The notes: a model not told the origin generated them from the sequence alone. A stretch of DNA of 64,000 nucleotides from a candidate division FCPU426 bacterium (GCA_963771075.1 CAVYSE010000011.1:128001-192000); one strand, 5' to 3'. Positions 48,639-59,246 are shown, numbered from the stretch's first letter. Program-made: numbers and translations.

Positions 48639-48902
48639 TTAGTCCTTGCGGGTCCGATGACGGGCCTTAATCCCAGTGGCTTTTTGTTTTTTTCTCGGGC
48701 TGGCAGCGGGAACAGCCTTGCCATGTTTTATAGGCCGACTGGAAATTTCTAAGGGCTTGGATTTCTCCAGTAAAACAGACTCGGAGTAAGCGAAGACGAC
48801 TTTCCCGCGCAGGATGCATCCCTTCATACCGGGATGGCATGTGGTTTTCACTCTTTGGCATTGGTAATCCCCCGTTTGATGGGGACAGGACCAACCGGAC
48901 AT
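48639..48902 (-). CDS. Small Cys-rich protein (W-x-C-P-H...C...C-x-PGMKGC)
   Basis: AAAGGA RBS; four Cys in the first 29 aa; ends 4 bp before the hemerythrin ATG. Confidence 0.7.
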   Translation of the reverse strand: MSGWSCPHQTGDYQCQRVKTTCHPGMKGCILRGKVVFAYSESVLLEKSKPLEISSRPIKHGKAVPAASPRKKQKATGIKARHRTRKD

Positions 48903-48930
48903 GAGGAATCCTTTCACTTTATTCAGGAGA

Positions 48931-48972
48931 ATTGTAGATTTAACTGCGAAAGGGAAGTATGAGCCAGCTCAA
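48931..48972 (-). promoter_or_regulatory. Crp/Fnr-type box (ATGAG-CCAG-CTCAA on +) plus -10 TACAAT
   Basis: Box 48959-48972 overlaps the VIT1 stop; -10 at 48936-48931 (29.5 bp). Confidence 0.65.
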
Positions 48973-49679
48973 CCCTTGACGAGGTGGGCCAAAGTAAAGG
49001 CTGCAAGGGCGGCCAAAAGACCCGTCAGGGTCACCGTGAAGGCACCCCGTAATGGCGGTTGGCTTGTCAAACGGGCTTTCCAATAACCGAAAAGTAGCAG
49101 ACAAACCACGGTAAGGAGGAAGGAATAGGCGAGCCCCTGGAGGGGGGTCGAGGTAAAAAGATAGGCTGAGAGAGGAACCAATCCGCCCACCGCATAGGAA
49201 AGTCCGATCCTCAAGGCGCTGGCATAGGCCTGTTTTGGGTCGGGTTTTTCCAGCCCCAATTCGAAGCGCATCATGAAGTCTACCCAAAGGTCCGGATTCT
49301 TGGAAAGGTCCAAGGCCACCTGATCCTGGGTTTCGCGGGTGATGCCGTAGTGACCCAGCAACTGCCTAATTTCCTCTTTTTCTTCCTGAGGAATTTCCCG
49401 GATTTCCATCTCCTCCCGCTTTAATTCCCCCTCGTAATGCTCGATTTCGGTTTTACCCGCTAAAAACCCTCCCAGTCCCATGGAAATGGTTCCGGCGATG
49501 ATTTCCACGACGCCCGCTAAAAGGATAAGGGAATTATAAGTGGCAAAACCAGATAAGCCCGCGGCCAGGGCGAATGGTACGGTCAAGCCGTCTGACAATC
49601 CAACGACCAGGTCTCGGAGAGCCTGGCTGGAACCGGAGTGTGTTTCATGATGGCCGTGATGGGGAATGGGTGTGGGCAT
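48969..49679 (-). CDS. VIT1/CCC1 iron/manganese transporter
   Basis: RDLVVGLSDGLTVPFALAAG, AGTISMGLGG, DFMMRFELGLE. Confidence 0.93.
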   Translation of the reverse strand: MPTPIPHHGHHETHSGSSQALRDLVVGLSDGLTVPFALAAGLSGFATYNSLILLAGVVEIIAGTISMGLGGFLAGKTEIEHYEGELKREEMEIREIPQEEKEEIRQLLGHYGITRETQDQVALDLSKNPDLWVDFMMRFELGLEKPDPKQAYASALRIGLSYAVGGLVPLSAYLFTSTPLQGLAYSFLLTVVCLLLFGYWKARLTSQPPLRGAFTVTLTGLLAALAAFTLAHLVKG

Positions 49680-49796
49680 ATGGTTTATTTCGCTGGGTGG
49701 GAGTCTAATGGGTCGTGCAAAGAGGAGCAAGTCAGGGGATTATTTTTTAGGCTTTTTCCGCCCTTGGCGCTAAACTTTCATGGAAATAGGCGTAAA

Positions 49797-49830
49797 TTAT
49801 GACAAGTGTCATAACGCGAGAATTGTCATA
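49797..49830. promoter_or_regulatory. Perfect box TTATGAC-AAGT-GTCATAA plus adjacent half-site
   Basis: 7-bp arms at 49797-49814; second GTCATA at 49825-49830; lies between divergent VIT1 and kinase genes. Confidence 0.8.
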
Positions 49831-49900
49831 AGCGTTATACAACTTCAAAGCATTCGACAGATATTAAAACACAATCTAAAAACGGGGAGAACGATTCTTA

Positions 49901-51247
49901 ATGAATAATGATTTTTCCGCCCAACGCTTACAGTGGTTCATTCATCTTCGATGGGCGGCGGTTTTCGGGGGAGGGCTGATCGTGGGAGTCGGGACTCGTG
50001 TGGGTCCCCTCCATTTTTCCCTTCTGACTCTGCTGGGCTCTCTCGCTTTTCTGGGTTTGTTGAACGCCGGATATCAATTTCTTTGGAGCCAATGGTGCAA
50101 AGATAACGCCAACCCGGAAAATCTGGAAAACCGAATCCGCAAGTTATTTCACATTCAAATGGTATTGGATTTCGCCGTTTTGACCTTCATGCTGGCGGTC
50201 AGTGGTGGGATTCAAAATCCTTTTTTTTTATTTTACCTTTTCCATTTGGCCATCAGCACGATCCTTTTTACCGTTTGGGAAAGCTTGGGATACGCGGTCG
50301 TAGCGGCCTTACTGCCCTGGCTCATCTTTTTGATGCAATCTCAATTACCCCAAATGAATTTGGAAGGAAATTCGGGTTTCGGGCTTTCCAGCGGAGGGGA
50401 ACTTTGGCCGGTTCTGACCGGGTATACGGTCACCGTCGCTGGCTTGTGGTTTTTCCTCACCCGGCTTGCTTCCGATCTTAGATCGAAGCAGAGATCTTTG
50501 GAAGAAATGGGCCAAAAGCTGTCCACGGCCAATGAAAATCTCAAAGAAGTGGACGTTTACAAGAATCAATTCCTTCGGCAAGTGGTTTTTCAATTGAAAG
50601 GCCCGGCAATCGATATGGATTTTGATCTTTCCGCGATCGAGCAATCCATGCCGAAGGCGACCGAAAAAACTGAAACGGCGATTAAAACGGCAAAAAAAAG
50701 AGTTTGGTCTTTGCTGGAACTCATTGATGATTTGGTTTGGTTATCGAAAACAAACGTGGAAGAAATGCCGTTCAAGAAAGAAAAAGTGGATGTTTATGAA
50801 GTGCTTTTGAAAAGGGTGCAACATCATGAGGCGGAAGCCCGACAAAAGGGTTTGGAACTCCAACTACATGGAGACCCTCAAATTCACCTAGAAGCGGATC
50901 GGGAGGCTCTGGACCGTGTGGTAGAAAATCTTTTATCCAATTCTCTGAAATATAGCGAGGAAGGGAAAAGCCCTATTTTGGTTGAGTTCAAACGGAATGG
51001 AGAATGGATGGTCCTGACCGTGGAGGATAAGGGGATCGGGATCCCGGCCAAACAGCAAAAACGCCTGTTCGAGCAATTTTTCCGGGCTACCAACGCTAAA
51101 AGCCGGGAAAAATTTGGCACTGGACTGGGATTGTCCATCGTTCGGGAAATCATTCAATGGCATGGCGGGAAGGTGTCGGTGGAAAGCGAACCCAAGAAGG
51201 GAACCCGCATTGAGACCTGGTGGCCCCTATTGCCGGATAAAAATTAA
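49901..51247 (+). CDS. RegB-like membrane sensor kinase lacking the H-box histidine
   Basis: LRW, GGIQNPF, 5-6 TM helices; H-box reads VVFQLKGP; N, G1, F and G2 boxes intact. Confidence 0.85.
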   Translation: MNNDFSAQRLQWFIHLRWAAVFGGGLIVGVGTRVGPLHFSLLTLLGSLAFLGLLNAGYQFLWSQWCKDNANPENLENRIRKLFHIQMVLDFAVLTFMLAVSGGIQNPFFLFYLFHLAISTILFTVWESLGYAVVAALLPWLIFLMQSQLPQMNLEGNSGFGLSSGGELWPVLTGYTVTVAGLWFFLTRLASDLRSKQRSLEEMGQKLSTANENLKEVDVYKNQFLRQVVFQLKGPAIDMDFDLSAIEQSMPKATEKTETAIKTAKKRVWSLLELIDDLVWLSKTNVEEMPFKKEKVDVYEVLLKRVQHHEAEARQKGLELQLHGDPQIHLEADREALDRVVENLLSNSLKYSEEGKSPILVEFKRNGEWMVLTVEDKGIGIPAKQQKRLFEQFFRATNAKSREKFGTGLGLSIVREIIQWHGGKVSVESEPKKGTRIETWWPLLPDKN

Positions 51248-51268
51248 TCCGATCAGGTCGACGGCCCG

Positions 51269-51751
51269 CTAATGTTCGATGGCCTTAACTTCGATAGGTT
51301 GGGAAAGATGGGCGGTTAAATATCGGGTGGAAATCAAGCCCAATTTTGTCCCGTTCGCACCGAAGGCGAAAAGCTGGCAACGTCCCCCCTTCGCCGGGCT
51401 GAATTCCACGGTGGCATTGGCCTTGGCAGTCGGAGTCTCACGGGTCGCGAACTGTCCCAACTTCATGTTTTCCAAAATCAACCGGAACCCTTGAAGGTCC
51501 TTGAGTGGATATATTTCCAGATCTTGTTGGGCAAGAAATTGCCGAGCTTCAAGGCAAAAGTTCCTCGAGAAGAGCCAAAGACTGTCCCATTCAGTGACTT
51601 TTCCTTCTTCTTCCAGGGATTGAGAAATGAAGATGTCTTCGATGTCTTCGTGCAAAAGACGCGAGGCCACCGAAAGGATTCCGGTCAATCGTTCCATTCC
51701 TTGAAAGTCTAAACCCATGAATTGCGCATACTCCATAAATGTTTCACGCAT
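51269..51751 (-). CDS. Hypothetical protein
   Basis: 160-aa ORF with AAGGA RBS; DSLWLFS...EARQF. Confidence 0.7.
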   Translation of the reverse strand: MRETFMEYAQFMGLDFQGMERLTGILSVASRLLHEDIEDIFISQSLEEEGKVTEWDSLWLFSRNFCLEARQFLAQQDLEIYPLKDLQGFRLILENMKLGQFATRETPTAKANATVEFSPAKGGRCQLFAFGANGTKLGLISTRYLTAHLSQPIEVKAIEH

Positions 51752-51813
51752 ATAACTTTCCTTCCGTGTAAGAACATGGTGAAATCATATAAATCGCCGG
51801 AGAAAGGGGAAGG

Positions 51814-51829
51814 TATGACCCTTGTCATA
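51814..51829. promoter_or_regulatory. Box TATGAC-CCTT-GTCATA between the divergent hypothetical gene and acs
   Basis: Perfect 6-bp arms; TATATG/TATGAT lies about 30-32 bp away on the - strand. Confidence 0.78.
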
Positions 51830-52152
51830 ACCACTCAAGGGATCTTCTCCACCCCCGAGTGGAGGGTTTCCTGGTAATTTTTTATCTTGCTATTTAAAGG
51901 AGAAATACCTTTTCCACTGGTTTTGTTGAAAAAGCGTTATTCGAAAATTTGAAGAGAATTGATCCGGAATAGAACCGTTGAACAATGAGGGGTTTAAAAG
52001 AGTCGATAAGGTTGCAGGCCATTTGTCGTGGCAATCATTTTCCTTTGGCGCATCGTTTGTCGAAGAAAATTTGGATGACCAACGTCATAGACAAAGGATT
52101 GGGTAGGCGACAAACTACCACGAATTTATTTTTTTATTTCCAGGGAGGAAAT

Positions 52153-54135
52153 ATGGCACCCGAAAAGCAATCCATCACTTCTTTGCAGAAGGATTCCGCA
52201 GTGACATTCCCGCCTCCGGCCTCGGTGGCCTCCAAGGCATTTATCGGATCCTTCCAAAAGTACCAGGAAATGTATGACCGCTCCGTGAAGGATTCCCACA
52301 AGTTTTGGCTTGAACAAGCCACGAATGAACTGGTTTGGTTCAAGAAACCCACGAAAACACTGGAGTGGACTTGGGACACCTCCAAAAGGAAAATTCAGCA
52401 TTCCTGGTTTTCGGATGGCGAGTTGAATTTATCGGTGAACTGTTTGGACCGTCACCTAGCCAAGAACGGAAATAAGATCGCTATCCTTTGGCAGGGCGAA
52501 AAGGATGAGGAAGTCCGTAAAATCACCTATTCTCAATTGCATGAGATGGTTTGTCGGTTCGCCAACGTGCTGCTTGCTAAGGGGGTCAAGAAAGGGGATC
52601 GGATCTGTGTTTATATGCCGATGATCCCCGAGGCGGCGGTGGCCTTGCTCGCTTGCGCCCGAATCGGTGCCATCCACTCCTTCGTTTTCGGCGGTTTTAG
52701 CGCGGAGGCGTTGAAAACCCGCATTCAGGATTCCCAAAATGTGTTGGCCATCACCACGGACGTGAGCTACCGATCTGGAAAAGCAATCGGATTGAAGAAT
52801 ATTCTTGATGAGGCCCTCAAGGAATGCCCTACCATCAAGAACGTCATTGTCTACAAGAGGGGTGACGGAAAGGTCAACATGCAGGCCGGCCGGGACAGCT
52901 GGTGGGATGAGGAGACCCAAAAGGCCAGTCCCAAGCATGAGGCCCAGCCGATGAACGCGGAAGACCCGCTTTTTATCCTGTATACCTCTGGATCCACTGG
53001 AAAACCGAAAGGGGTCCTTCACACGACCGGCGGTTATATCTTACACGCCGCCCTGAGCCACCGCCTCATTTTCGACTGCCATCCCGAGGACACCTATTGG
53101 TGCACTGCCGACATCGGTTGGGTCACGGGCCACAGTTACATCGTCTATGGCCCCCTGGCCAACGGCGTCACATCGATCATGTTTGAGGGAGTACCCACCT
53201 ACCCAGATTCTGGTAGGTTCTGGCAAGTGATCGCCAAACATAAAGTCACCATCTTTTATACCGCGCCCACCGCGATCCGTTCCCTGATGCGAGAAGGGGA
53301 AGAATGGCCGAAAAAGCACGACTTGAGCTCCTTGCGCATCCTGGGCTCGGTCGGTGAACCAATCAATCCCGAGGCATGGTTGTGGTATCACAGGAACATT
53401 GGCCAAAGCCGCTGTCCTATCGTCGATACCTGGTGGCAGACGGAAACGGGTGGTATTTTGATCACCCCACTTCCGGGTGCCCATACTTTAAAACCTGGGA
53501 GCGCCTCTCTTCCCTTTTTCGGGGTGGAGCCCATCGTAGTGGATAATGACGGGAAAGAATGCGCCAGAAACGAAGGCGGAAAACTGTGCATTAAGAAGCC
53601 CTGGCCGGGCATGGCCCGCACCATGTGGGGGGATCACGAACGTTTCATCGACACCTATTTCACCGCTTTCCCCAACCTTTATTACACAGGGGACGGTTGC
53701 CGCGTCGATCAGGACGGAGATTACTGGCTCATGGGCCGGGTGGATGATGTGGTGAACATCTCTGGACACCGTATCGGGACGGCGGAAGTGGAAAGCGCGC
53801 TTGTTTCCCATCCCAAGGTTTCGGAAGCGGCGGTGGTGGGCTATCCCCACGACATCAAAGGATCGGCCCTTTACGCTTACGTGACCGTGAAGGAGGGCGT
53901 GACGCCGTCAGATGAGCTGAAGAAAGAACTGGTTCAGCATGTGCGCAAGGAAATCGGTCCCATTGCCCAACCGGACAAGATCCAGTTCGCGGAGGCGATG
54001 CCCAAGACCCGCAGCGGCAAAATCATGCGCCGGATCTTGAGGAAAATAGCAGAGAATGAAACGGGTAATCTGGGCGATATTTCCACCCTGGCCGACCCGT
54101 CCGTCGTGGAAAGGCTGATCCAAGGAAAGCAATAA
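52153..54135 (+). CDS. acs: Acetyl-CoA synthetase (AMP-forming)
   Basis: [57 protein letters not shown]. Confidence 0.97.
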   Translation: MAPEKQSITSLQKDSAVTFPPPASVASKAFIGSFQKYQEMYDRSVKDSHKFWLEQATNELVWFKKPTKTLEWTWDTSKRKIQHSWFSDGELNLSVNCLDRHLAKNGNKIAILWQGEKDEEVRKITYSQLHEMVCRFANVLLAKGVKKGDRICVYMPMIPEAAVALLACARIGAIHSFVFGGFSAEALKTRIQDSQNVLAITTDVSYRSGKAIGLKNILDEALKECPTIKNVIVYKRGDGKVNMQAGRDSWWDEETQKASPKHEAQPMNAEDPLFILYTSGSTGKPKGVLHTTGGYILHAALSHRLIFDCHPEDTYWCTADIGWVTGHSYIVYGPLANGVTSIMFEGVPTYPDSGRFWQVIAKHKVTIFYTAPTAIRSLMREGEEWPKKHDLSSLRILGSVGEPINPEAWLWYHRNIGQSRCPIVDTWWQTETGGILITPLPGAHTLKPGSASLPFFGVEPIVVDNDGKECARNEGGKLCIKKPWPGMARTMWGDHERFIDTYFTAFPNLYYTGDGCRVDQDGDYWLMGRVDDVVNISGHRIGTAEVESALVSHPKVSEAAVVGYPHDIKGSALYAYVTVKEGVTPSDELKKELVQHVRKEIGPIAQPDKIQFAEAMPKTRSGKIMRRILRKIAENETGNLGDISTLADPSVVERLIQGKQ

Positions 54136-54162
54136 ACACTATTTAGGAAGTTGTCAGAAAAT

Positions 54163-54202
54163 AAAAAAAGCAGGCTGGTTTAAAAACCAGCCTGCTTTTT
54201 TT
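54163..54202. terminator. Bidirectional intrinsic terminator
   Basis: A7-GCAGGCTGGTTT/AAACCAGCCTGC-T7 between convergent genes. Confidence 0.9.
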
Positions 54203-54211
54203 GACTAAACC

Positions 54212-55246
54212 CTACTTGAACTTGGCCATGTCCAGATGGGACTGCACAAACTGGGTGATCATCGCGACCTTGCCCGGGTCCTGGTGGGTCAAGAGGGGTT
54301 CCAAACCGTCCAGTTGCTTGGCGGTATGGAAAGTATCGGTGGAAACCAATAAAAGCGGTATATTGCGCTGGTTGGCCAAGGAAAGCACATCCGGCGAGGG
54401 AAGGATATTGTTCGTTAGGATCACTCCGGAGGTGCCTCCCTCCAGGGCGGCCAGGATCATATCGCTCCGGTCCCCGCTGGTAACGACCAATTTTTTATCC
54501 TTATTGAAGAGGGTAAGCCTCCTGGCGCTGTCCACGGACATGGCTCCAATAATGATGTGGCCCACCTCATTGCCCAATCCTCCTTCTCCGGCGAGGGTTT
54601 TCGAGAAAAGCACCTCGGACAGGTAGGCCATAGTGAAATGGTTCAGTTCGGGTTTCAAAGGCAAGATCCCCAGGATGGGAATACCCAACTGGTTGATCTG
54701 GGGCAAATAGGTCGTTTTGAAATCCTCCAGGTCGTGCACCTTGTTGAGGATGACGCCCTTAAAACGAACGTCCTGGATCGGCAGGCATTTTTTGATGCAG
54801 ACCAGGTCGTCCGCGATGGAACCCTCCGAACCGCTCACCACGAGGATCAACTCCCCGCCGAGGGCTTTGGCGACGGAGACGGCGTCCAGGTGCACGGACA
54901 TTCCGTAATTCAAGTGCATGCCGCCTTCCACGAAAAGTAGTTCCTTCCCGGCCCCGGCGTGGGTGGCCACCTCGCGCAGTTTTTCAGTGGTGGTCGCCGC
55001 GTCGTATTTGTATTTCAACTTGGCGTGCTCGAAGCCGATGGAGATGTCTTCCGGGTTTTCATGAAGGTTCCAGAGGTGGGTCAGCAGGGCGGAATCGTAG
55101 TCCCAAAGGCGTTTTTTGTGATAGATCAACCGGTCGCCGAAGGGTTTCATGTAACCGGACTGTTGTCCTAGCGCGGCGGCAAGGCCGATGATCACTCCCG
55201 TTTTGCCGGAACTTTTGCTGCTTGATCCAATGACGAGTGTTTTCAT
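54212..55246 (-). CDS. BioD-like/DRTGG-domain protein (stand-alone Pta N-terminal module)
   Basis: SGKT, YMKPFG, VEGG, GVILNKV, IGAM, TSGDRSD. Confidence 0.88.
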   Translation of the reverse strand: MKTLVIGSSSKSSGKTGVIIGLAAALGQQSGYMKPFGDRLIYHKKRLWDYDSALLTHLWNLHENPEDISIGFEHAKLKYKYDAATTTEKLREVATHAGAGKELLFVEGGMHLNYGMSVHLDAVSVAKALGGELILVVSGSEGSIADDLVCIKKCLPIQDVRFKGVILNKVHDLEDFKTTYLPQINQLGIPILGILPLKPELNHFTMAYLSEVLFSKTLAGEGGLGNEVGHIIIGAMSVDSARRLTLFNKDKKLVVTSGDRSDMILAALEGGTSGVILTNNILPSPDVLSLANQRNIPLLLVSTDTFHTAKQLDGLEPLLTHQDPGKVAMITQFVQSHLDMAKFK

Positions 55247-57372
55247 TTCTTTTGGGCCCTTTCCGAGAGCAAAACTCTCACATCCAAAGCTTTAACACCT
55301 TTTCCCTGTTCGTAAACAACCAGGGGATTGATCTCAATGTCGGAAATTTTCTCGCATTTCCGAACCAACGAACCGAGTTTGATGATGGCGTCCACGACGC
55401 CATCCATGTCTTTTTTGTCCTCTCCCCGAACCCCAAGGAGCAGGGGATAGATCTTGGTTTCTTTGATCATGGCCAGGACATCCGATTTGGAGAAGGGAAC
55501 GGACCGGAAGGAAACGTCTTTCATTACCTCGACGTAAACCCCGCCCATGCCGCACATCACGATGGGGCCGAAAGAACGGTCCCGCCGGGCACCCACGATG
55601 GTTTCCGTACCTTTTTTCACCATCTCGTTGACTTCAACGCCTTCGATCACCGCGTTGGGATTGTGTTTTCGGCAGTTAAAGAGGATGGCTTCGTAGGCAT
55701 CCATCACCTCTTGCTGGTTTTCCAGGTCCAAGGCGACGCCGCCGACGTCGCTTTTATGAAGGATATCCCGGGAAACCACCTTCATGACCACCGGGTATCC
55801 GATTTTTTCAGCCGATTTAACCGCTTCTTCCAGGGTGCGGGCAATCGAGTTTTTGGGCATGGGAACCCCGCAAAGTTCCATGATCTTCTGTCCCTCGTGG
55901 GCCAATAAAAAAGACCGGCCGTCCGCGGCCGCCTTGTCCAATACGGCATTGACCGCGTCCACCGGGATGTCGTGCTCCACGGGAAAGCCAGGGGGAGACA
56001 GGTTATGCCGGTACTGGGTCATTAAGGCCCCCAAGCAGGAAACGGCCGAATAGGTATCCTCAAAAACGGGCGCATTATCCTGCCGCAGTGAGAGAATGGC
56101 CCGCTCGGTGGGTTCGCCCCCGAAAAGAGAGAACACGATCGGCTTCCCGCCATCGCGGTAACGGACCGTATTCTCGCGGATCATGGTGGCCAGGTTGTCC
56201 ACGTCAAAAACCGCCGTCTCACAATAGAGGGCAATGACAGCGTGGATGTTTTCCAGCCTCAAGGCCGCGGCCAAGGCGCCGTCGTAGTCGGAGGACCGGG
56301 CCTGACCCGTCAGGTCGATGGGATTCTTGATGGACCCAAATTCCGGAACTTCCTTGGCGAAGGCTTTTTTCATCAGTTCCACGTCGTCGTAAAGCGGGAC
56401 CTGGTATTTTTCGCAGGCGTCGGTGGCCATGACCCCGATACCGCCTCCGTTTGTGATGATGACCGTATTCTCGCCCCGGGGCGCGGAACTGGACGTGAAA
56501 CTTTTGCACCAGTTAAAGGCATCCTGGAAATTCTCAGCCCTCAAGACCCCGCATTGCTTGACAATGTTATCGAGGATCTCGTCCGAACCGGCCAGGGCGC
56601 CGGTGTGCGAGGCGGCCGCCATGGCGCCCCTTTTGGAACGTCCGGATTTGATCATGATGACGGGCTTCTTCCGGGTCACCCGGTTAATGGTGGAGATCAT
56701 CCGCTCCCCGTCCTTGATGCCCTCGGTATAAAGCATGATGACCTTGGTCTGGGGATCGTCCACCAAATATTCCAAAAGATCGGCCTCGGTGATATCCGCC
56801 TTGTTGCCCACGGAAGACATGGTAGAAAGCCCGATGTGGGCCACCGCCGTCTTGCCGATCATGCCGATACCCAGCGCGCCGCTCTGGGTGATGATGGCCA
56901 CGTGGCCTTTCTGGATCTGGGGTCCAAAGGTGGCGTTCAGGTCGGCGTTGGCCGAGTAGATACCGAAGATGTTGGGCCCCATGACCCGCATGCCATGATC
57001 CAGGGCGAAGGACACCAGGGCTTTTTCTTCGGCCACGTTGCCCGTCTCGGAAAAACCGGAGGTGATGACGGGCAGGAACTTGACGCCGTTGGCCGCGCAT
57101 TCCTTGACCGAATCCATGACGAACTTGGCCGGGACCGAGATGCAGGCCAGTCGATGGGCTCCTCTATCTCCGCGAAGGCTTTTCGCCATGGTCAGTCCCA
57201 AGCACCTCCCCGCCCTTGGGGTTGATGGGATACACCTTGCCCTTGATAGCCGCCGGAAAAATATTCTCCACGATCTTGTAACCCACCTTGTCGGGGCTGG
57301 CGGAAGCGCCCACCACGGCCACCGAGCGGGGCTCGAATAGGTATTTGATGTCAGGTCGATTAGGTTGTTCAA
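55243..57372 (-). CDS. ADP-forming acetate-CoA ligase (alpha-beta fusion); several indels in the first ~250 bp
   Basis: LFEPRSVAVVGAS (alternate frame), GPNIFG, TQSGA, GNKAD, ASHTGALAG, NPIDL, GYPVVMK, HKSDVGGV, EINPL; GGAGG before TTG 57372. Confidence 0.9.
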   Translation of the reverse strand: MNNLIDLTSNTYSSPARWPWWALPPAPTRWVTRSWRIFFRRLSRARCIPSTPRAGRCLGLTMAKSLRGDRGAHRLACISVPAKFVMDSVKECAANGVKFLPVITSGFSETGNVAEEKALVSFALDHGMRVMGPNIFGIYSANADLNATFGPQIQKGHVAIITQSGALGIGMIGKTAVAHIGLSTMSSVGNKADITEADLLEYLVDDPQTKVIMLYTEGIKDGERMISTINRVTRKKPVIMIKSGRSKRGAMAAASHTGALAGSDEILDNIVKQCGVLRAENFQDAFNWCKSFTSSSAPRGENTVIITNGGGIGVMATDACEKYQVPLYDDVELMKKAFAKEVPEFGSIKNPIDLTGQARSSDYDGALAAALRLENIHAVIALYCETAVFDVDNLATMIRENTVRYRDGGKPIVFSLFGGEPTERAILSLRQDNAPVFEDTYSAVSCLGALMTQYRHNLSPPGFPVEHDIPVDAVNAVLDKAAADGRSFLLAHEGQKIMELCGVPMPKNSIARTLEEAVKSAEKIGYPVVMKVVSRDILHKSDVGGVALDLENQQEVMDAYEAILFNCRKHNPNAVIEGVEVNEMVKKGTETIVGARRDRSFGPIVMCGMGGVYVEVMKDVSFRSVPFSKSDVLAMIKETKIYPLLLGVRGEDKKDMDGVVDAIIKLGSLVRKCEKISDIEINPLVVYEQGKGVKALDVRVLLSERAQKK

Positions 57373-59246
57373 CGGTTCCTCCGCGGAAGGTCATTTTCAG
57401 CTCAACCACATTCGTGTTCGTGCGCTTCTGCAAGTCAAATCCTTGATTCTCGAAAAGATGCAGCATGGCGGTGTTTTCCTGAAGGACCTCGGCGGTGAAC
57501 CCGAAGAGCCCCTGCTTCTTCGCCAACATGGTCAGGTAGGAAAGAAGCTCCGTTCCGACCCCCTTGTTATGATAATCGTCCTTCACGACGAAGGCGACTT
57601 CGGCGGAATGCTGGTTTTCCTGGATGCCGTATTGCCCCACCCCGATGATCTCCTCCCGCCCCTGGTCCTCCGCGAAAGCCAGGATGACCATTTCCTTGCT
57701 ATAGTCGATCACGACGAATTCCTGAAGCCTTTCGTGGGGCATGTCCTTACGCACCGACATGAATCGTCGGGACATGCTCTGGTCGGACAGGGAATAGAAA
57801 AAATCCTTAAGGCCGGGTTCGTCATTGATCTTGACGGGGCGCATCAAAAGCCGCAGGCCGGATTCGGTCGTCCGGCGGGTCTCCAGGGACTCCGGGTACT
57901 CTCCGCGTTTTCCAGGGAATAAAGGCCTGGTCCTTGTAAATCAAATGGTTCTTCTTCGCTTCCTCCAGCAACCAGGGCCGGAACTTTGGGTGGGCGATAG
58001 AAATGATGTCCATTGCCCTTTCTCGCAGGTTCTTTCCGTGAAGATAGGCGATCCCATATTCGGTCACCAGGTAATGAATGTCGCCTCGGGTAAGGGAAAT
58101 ACCGGCCCCTTCATGGAGGAAAGGCACAATCCTGGAAACCTGTTCGTTATCCGCAGTGGATTGCAGGGTCAGGATGGTTTTCCCTCCTGGCGCGAGCACG
58201 GCGCCCCGCATGAAATCCGCCTGGCCCCCGATTCCACTGAAAAACAAGTGGTCCAGGGATTCGGCGGTAGATTGGCCGGTCAAATCGACCGACAGGGCGC
58301 TGTTAATGGCGGTCATATTGTGATTGCTCGCGATGATCAGTGGATTGTTGGTGTAATCAATGGGCCGGAATTCGACGGAAGGATTGTCATGGATGAATTC
58401 GTAGGTTTCCTGGGTTCCCATGCAAAAGCTGGCGATGGTCTTGCCGGGGTTAAGGTTTTTCCTGGAGTTGTCGATCACGCCTTCCTTCATCAGTGCCACG
58501 ATTCCGTCCGAGAGCAGCTCGGTATGCACTCCCAAGTGCTTTTTATGCCTTAAATTAGCCAAGATGGCGTTGGGGATACTGCCGTAACCCACCTGCAGGG
58601 TATCTCCGTCCTGAACGAAACGGGCGATATATTTCCCGATACGGTTGGCGATCTCGTCGGAAACTTTCGGTTCGTACTCCAGCAGCGGCTCGTCGTGGTG
58701 GACAATGAAATCCACGTCATCGGCGTGAAGGAAGGTGTCGCCATGCACACGAGGCATATGGCTGTTCGCCTGGGCGATCACGATACGGGCGTTGGCTACC
58801 GCCGCCTTAGTGATATCGACGCTGACCCCCAGGCTCATGTAGCCATGCTGGTCCGGCATGCTGGTTTGGATCAGAGCCACATCCACTGGTACCAACTTCC
58901 GGTTGAATAGATCGGGCACTTGGGAAAGAAACAGGGGCGAATAGTCGGCCAGACCCTGGTTGACCGCCTCCCGGGTGTTATCGCCTATGAAAAAAGAATT
59001 GTGGCGGAAGTTTTGCTTGAATTTCTTGTCGGTGTAGGGTGCGAGGCCTAAGGTCCAGACGTGGATGACTTCGGTGTCAAAAAAGGCCTTGGGATGGTCT
59101 TCGATATATTTGATCAGGGCCCCGACCAGGTACTGGGGTTCGCCACAGCCGGTGCCGATATAGATCCGGTCGCCGGGATGGATATGACTGAAAACCTCGT
59201 ATTCAGTGGCAAATTTGGAAGGATAATTTTTTCTTAACGATTCCAT
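57351..59246 (-). CDS. Acetyl-CoA hydrolase/transferase fused to a C-terminal GNAT domain; frameshift near 57916
   Basis: GEPQYL, LGVSVD, LQVGYG, HTELLSDG, GIGGQADF, VTEYG, IAHPKFR; then SRRF, AEVAFVVKDDYHNKGVGTELL, ENTAML. Confidence 0.88.

Noticed and set aside
52046..52060. Possible sigma54 promoter TGGCGC-N5-TTGT upstream of acs
   Set aside because: The -12 GC is not matched and no enhancer-binding protein is in the window; too weak to call.
57164..57847. Apparent GNAT read-through into the ADP-forming ligase (a triple CoA-transferase-GNAT-ligase fusion)
   Set aside because: A GGAGG RBS precedes TTG 57372. Adding one C near 57354 gives the ligase start MNNLIDPDIKYLF and also stops the GNAT at TGA 57351. 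The region has many indels, so an artefact is more likely.
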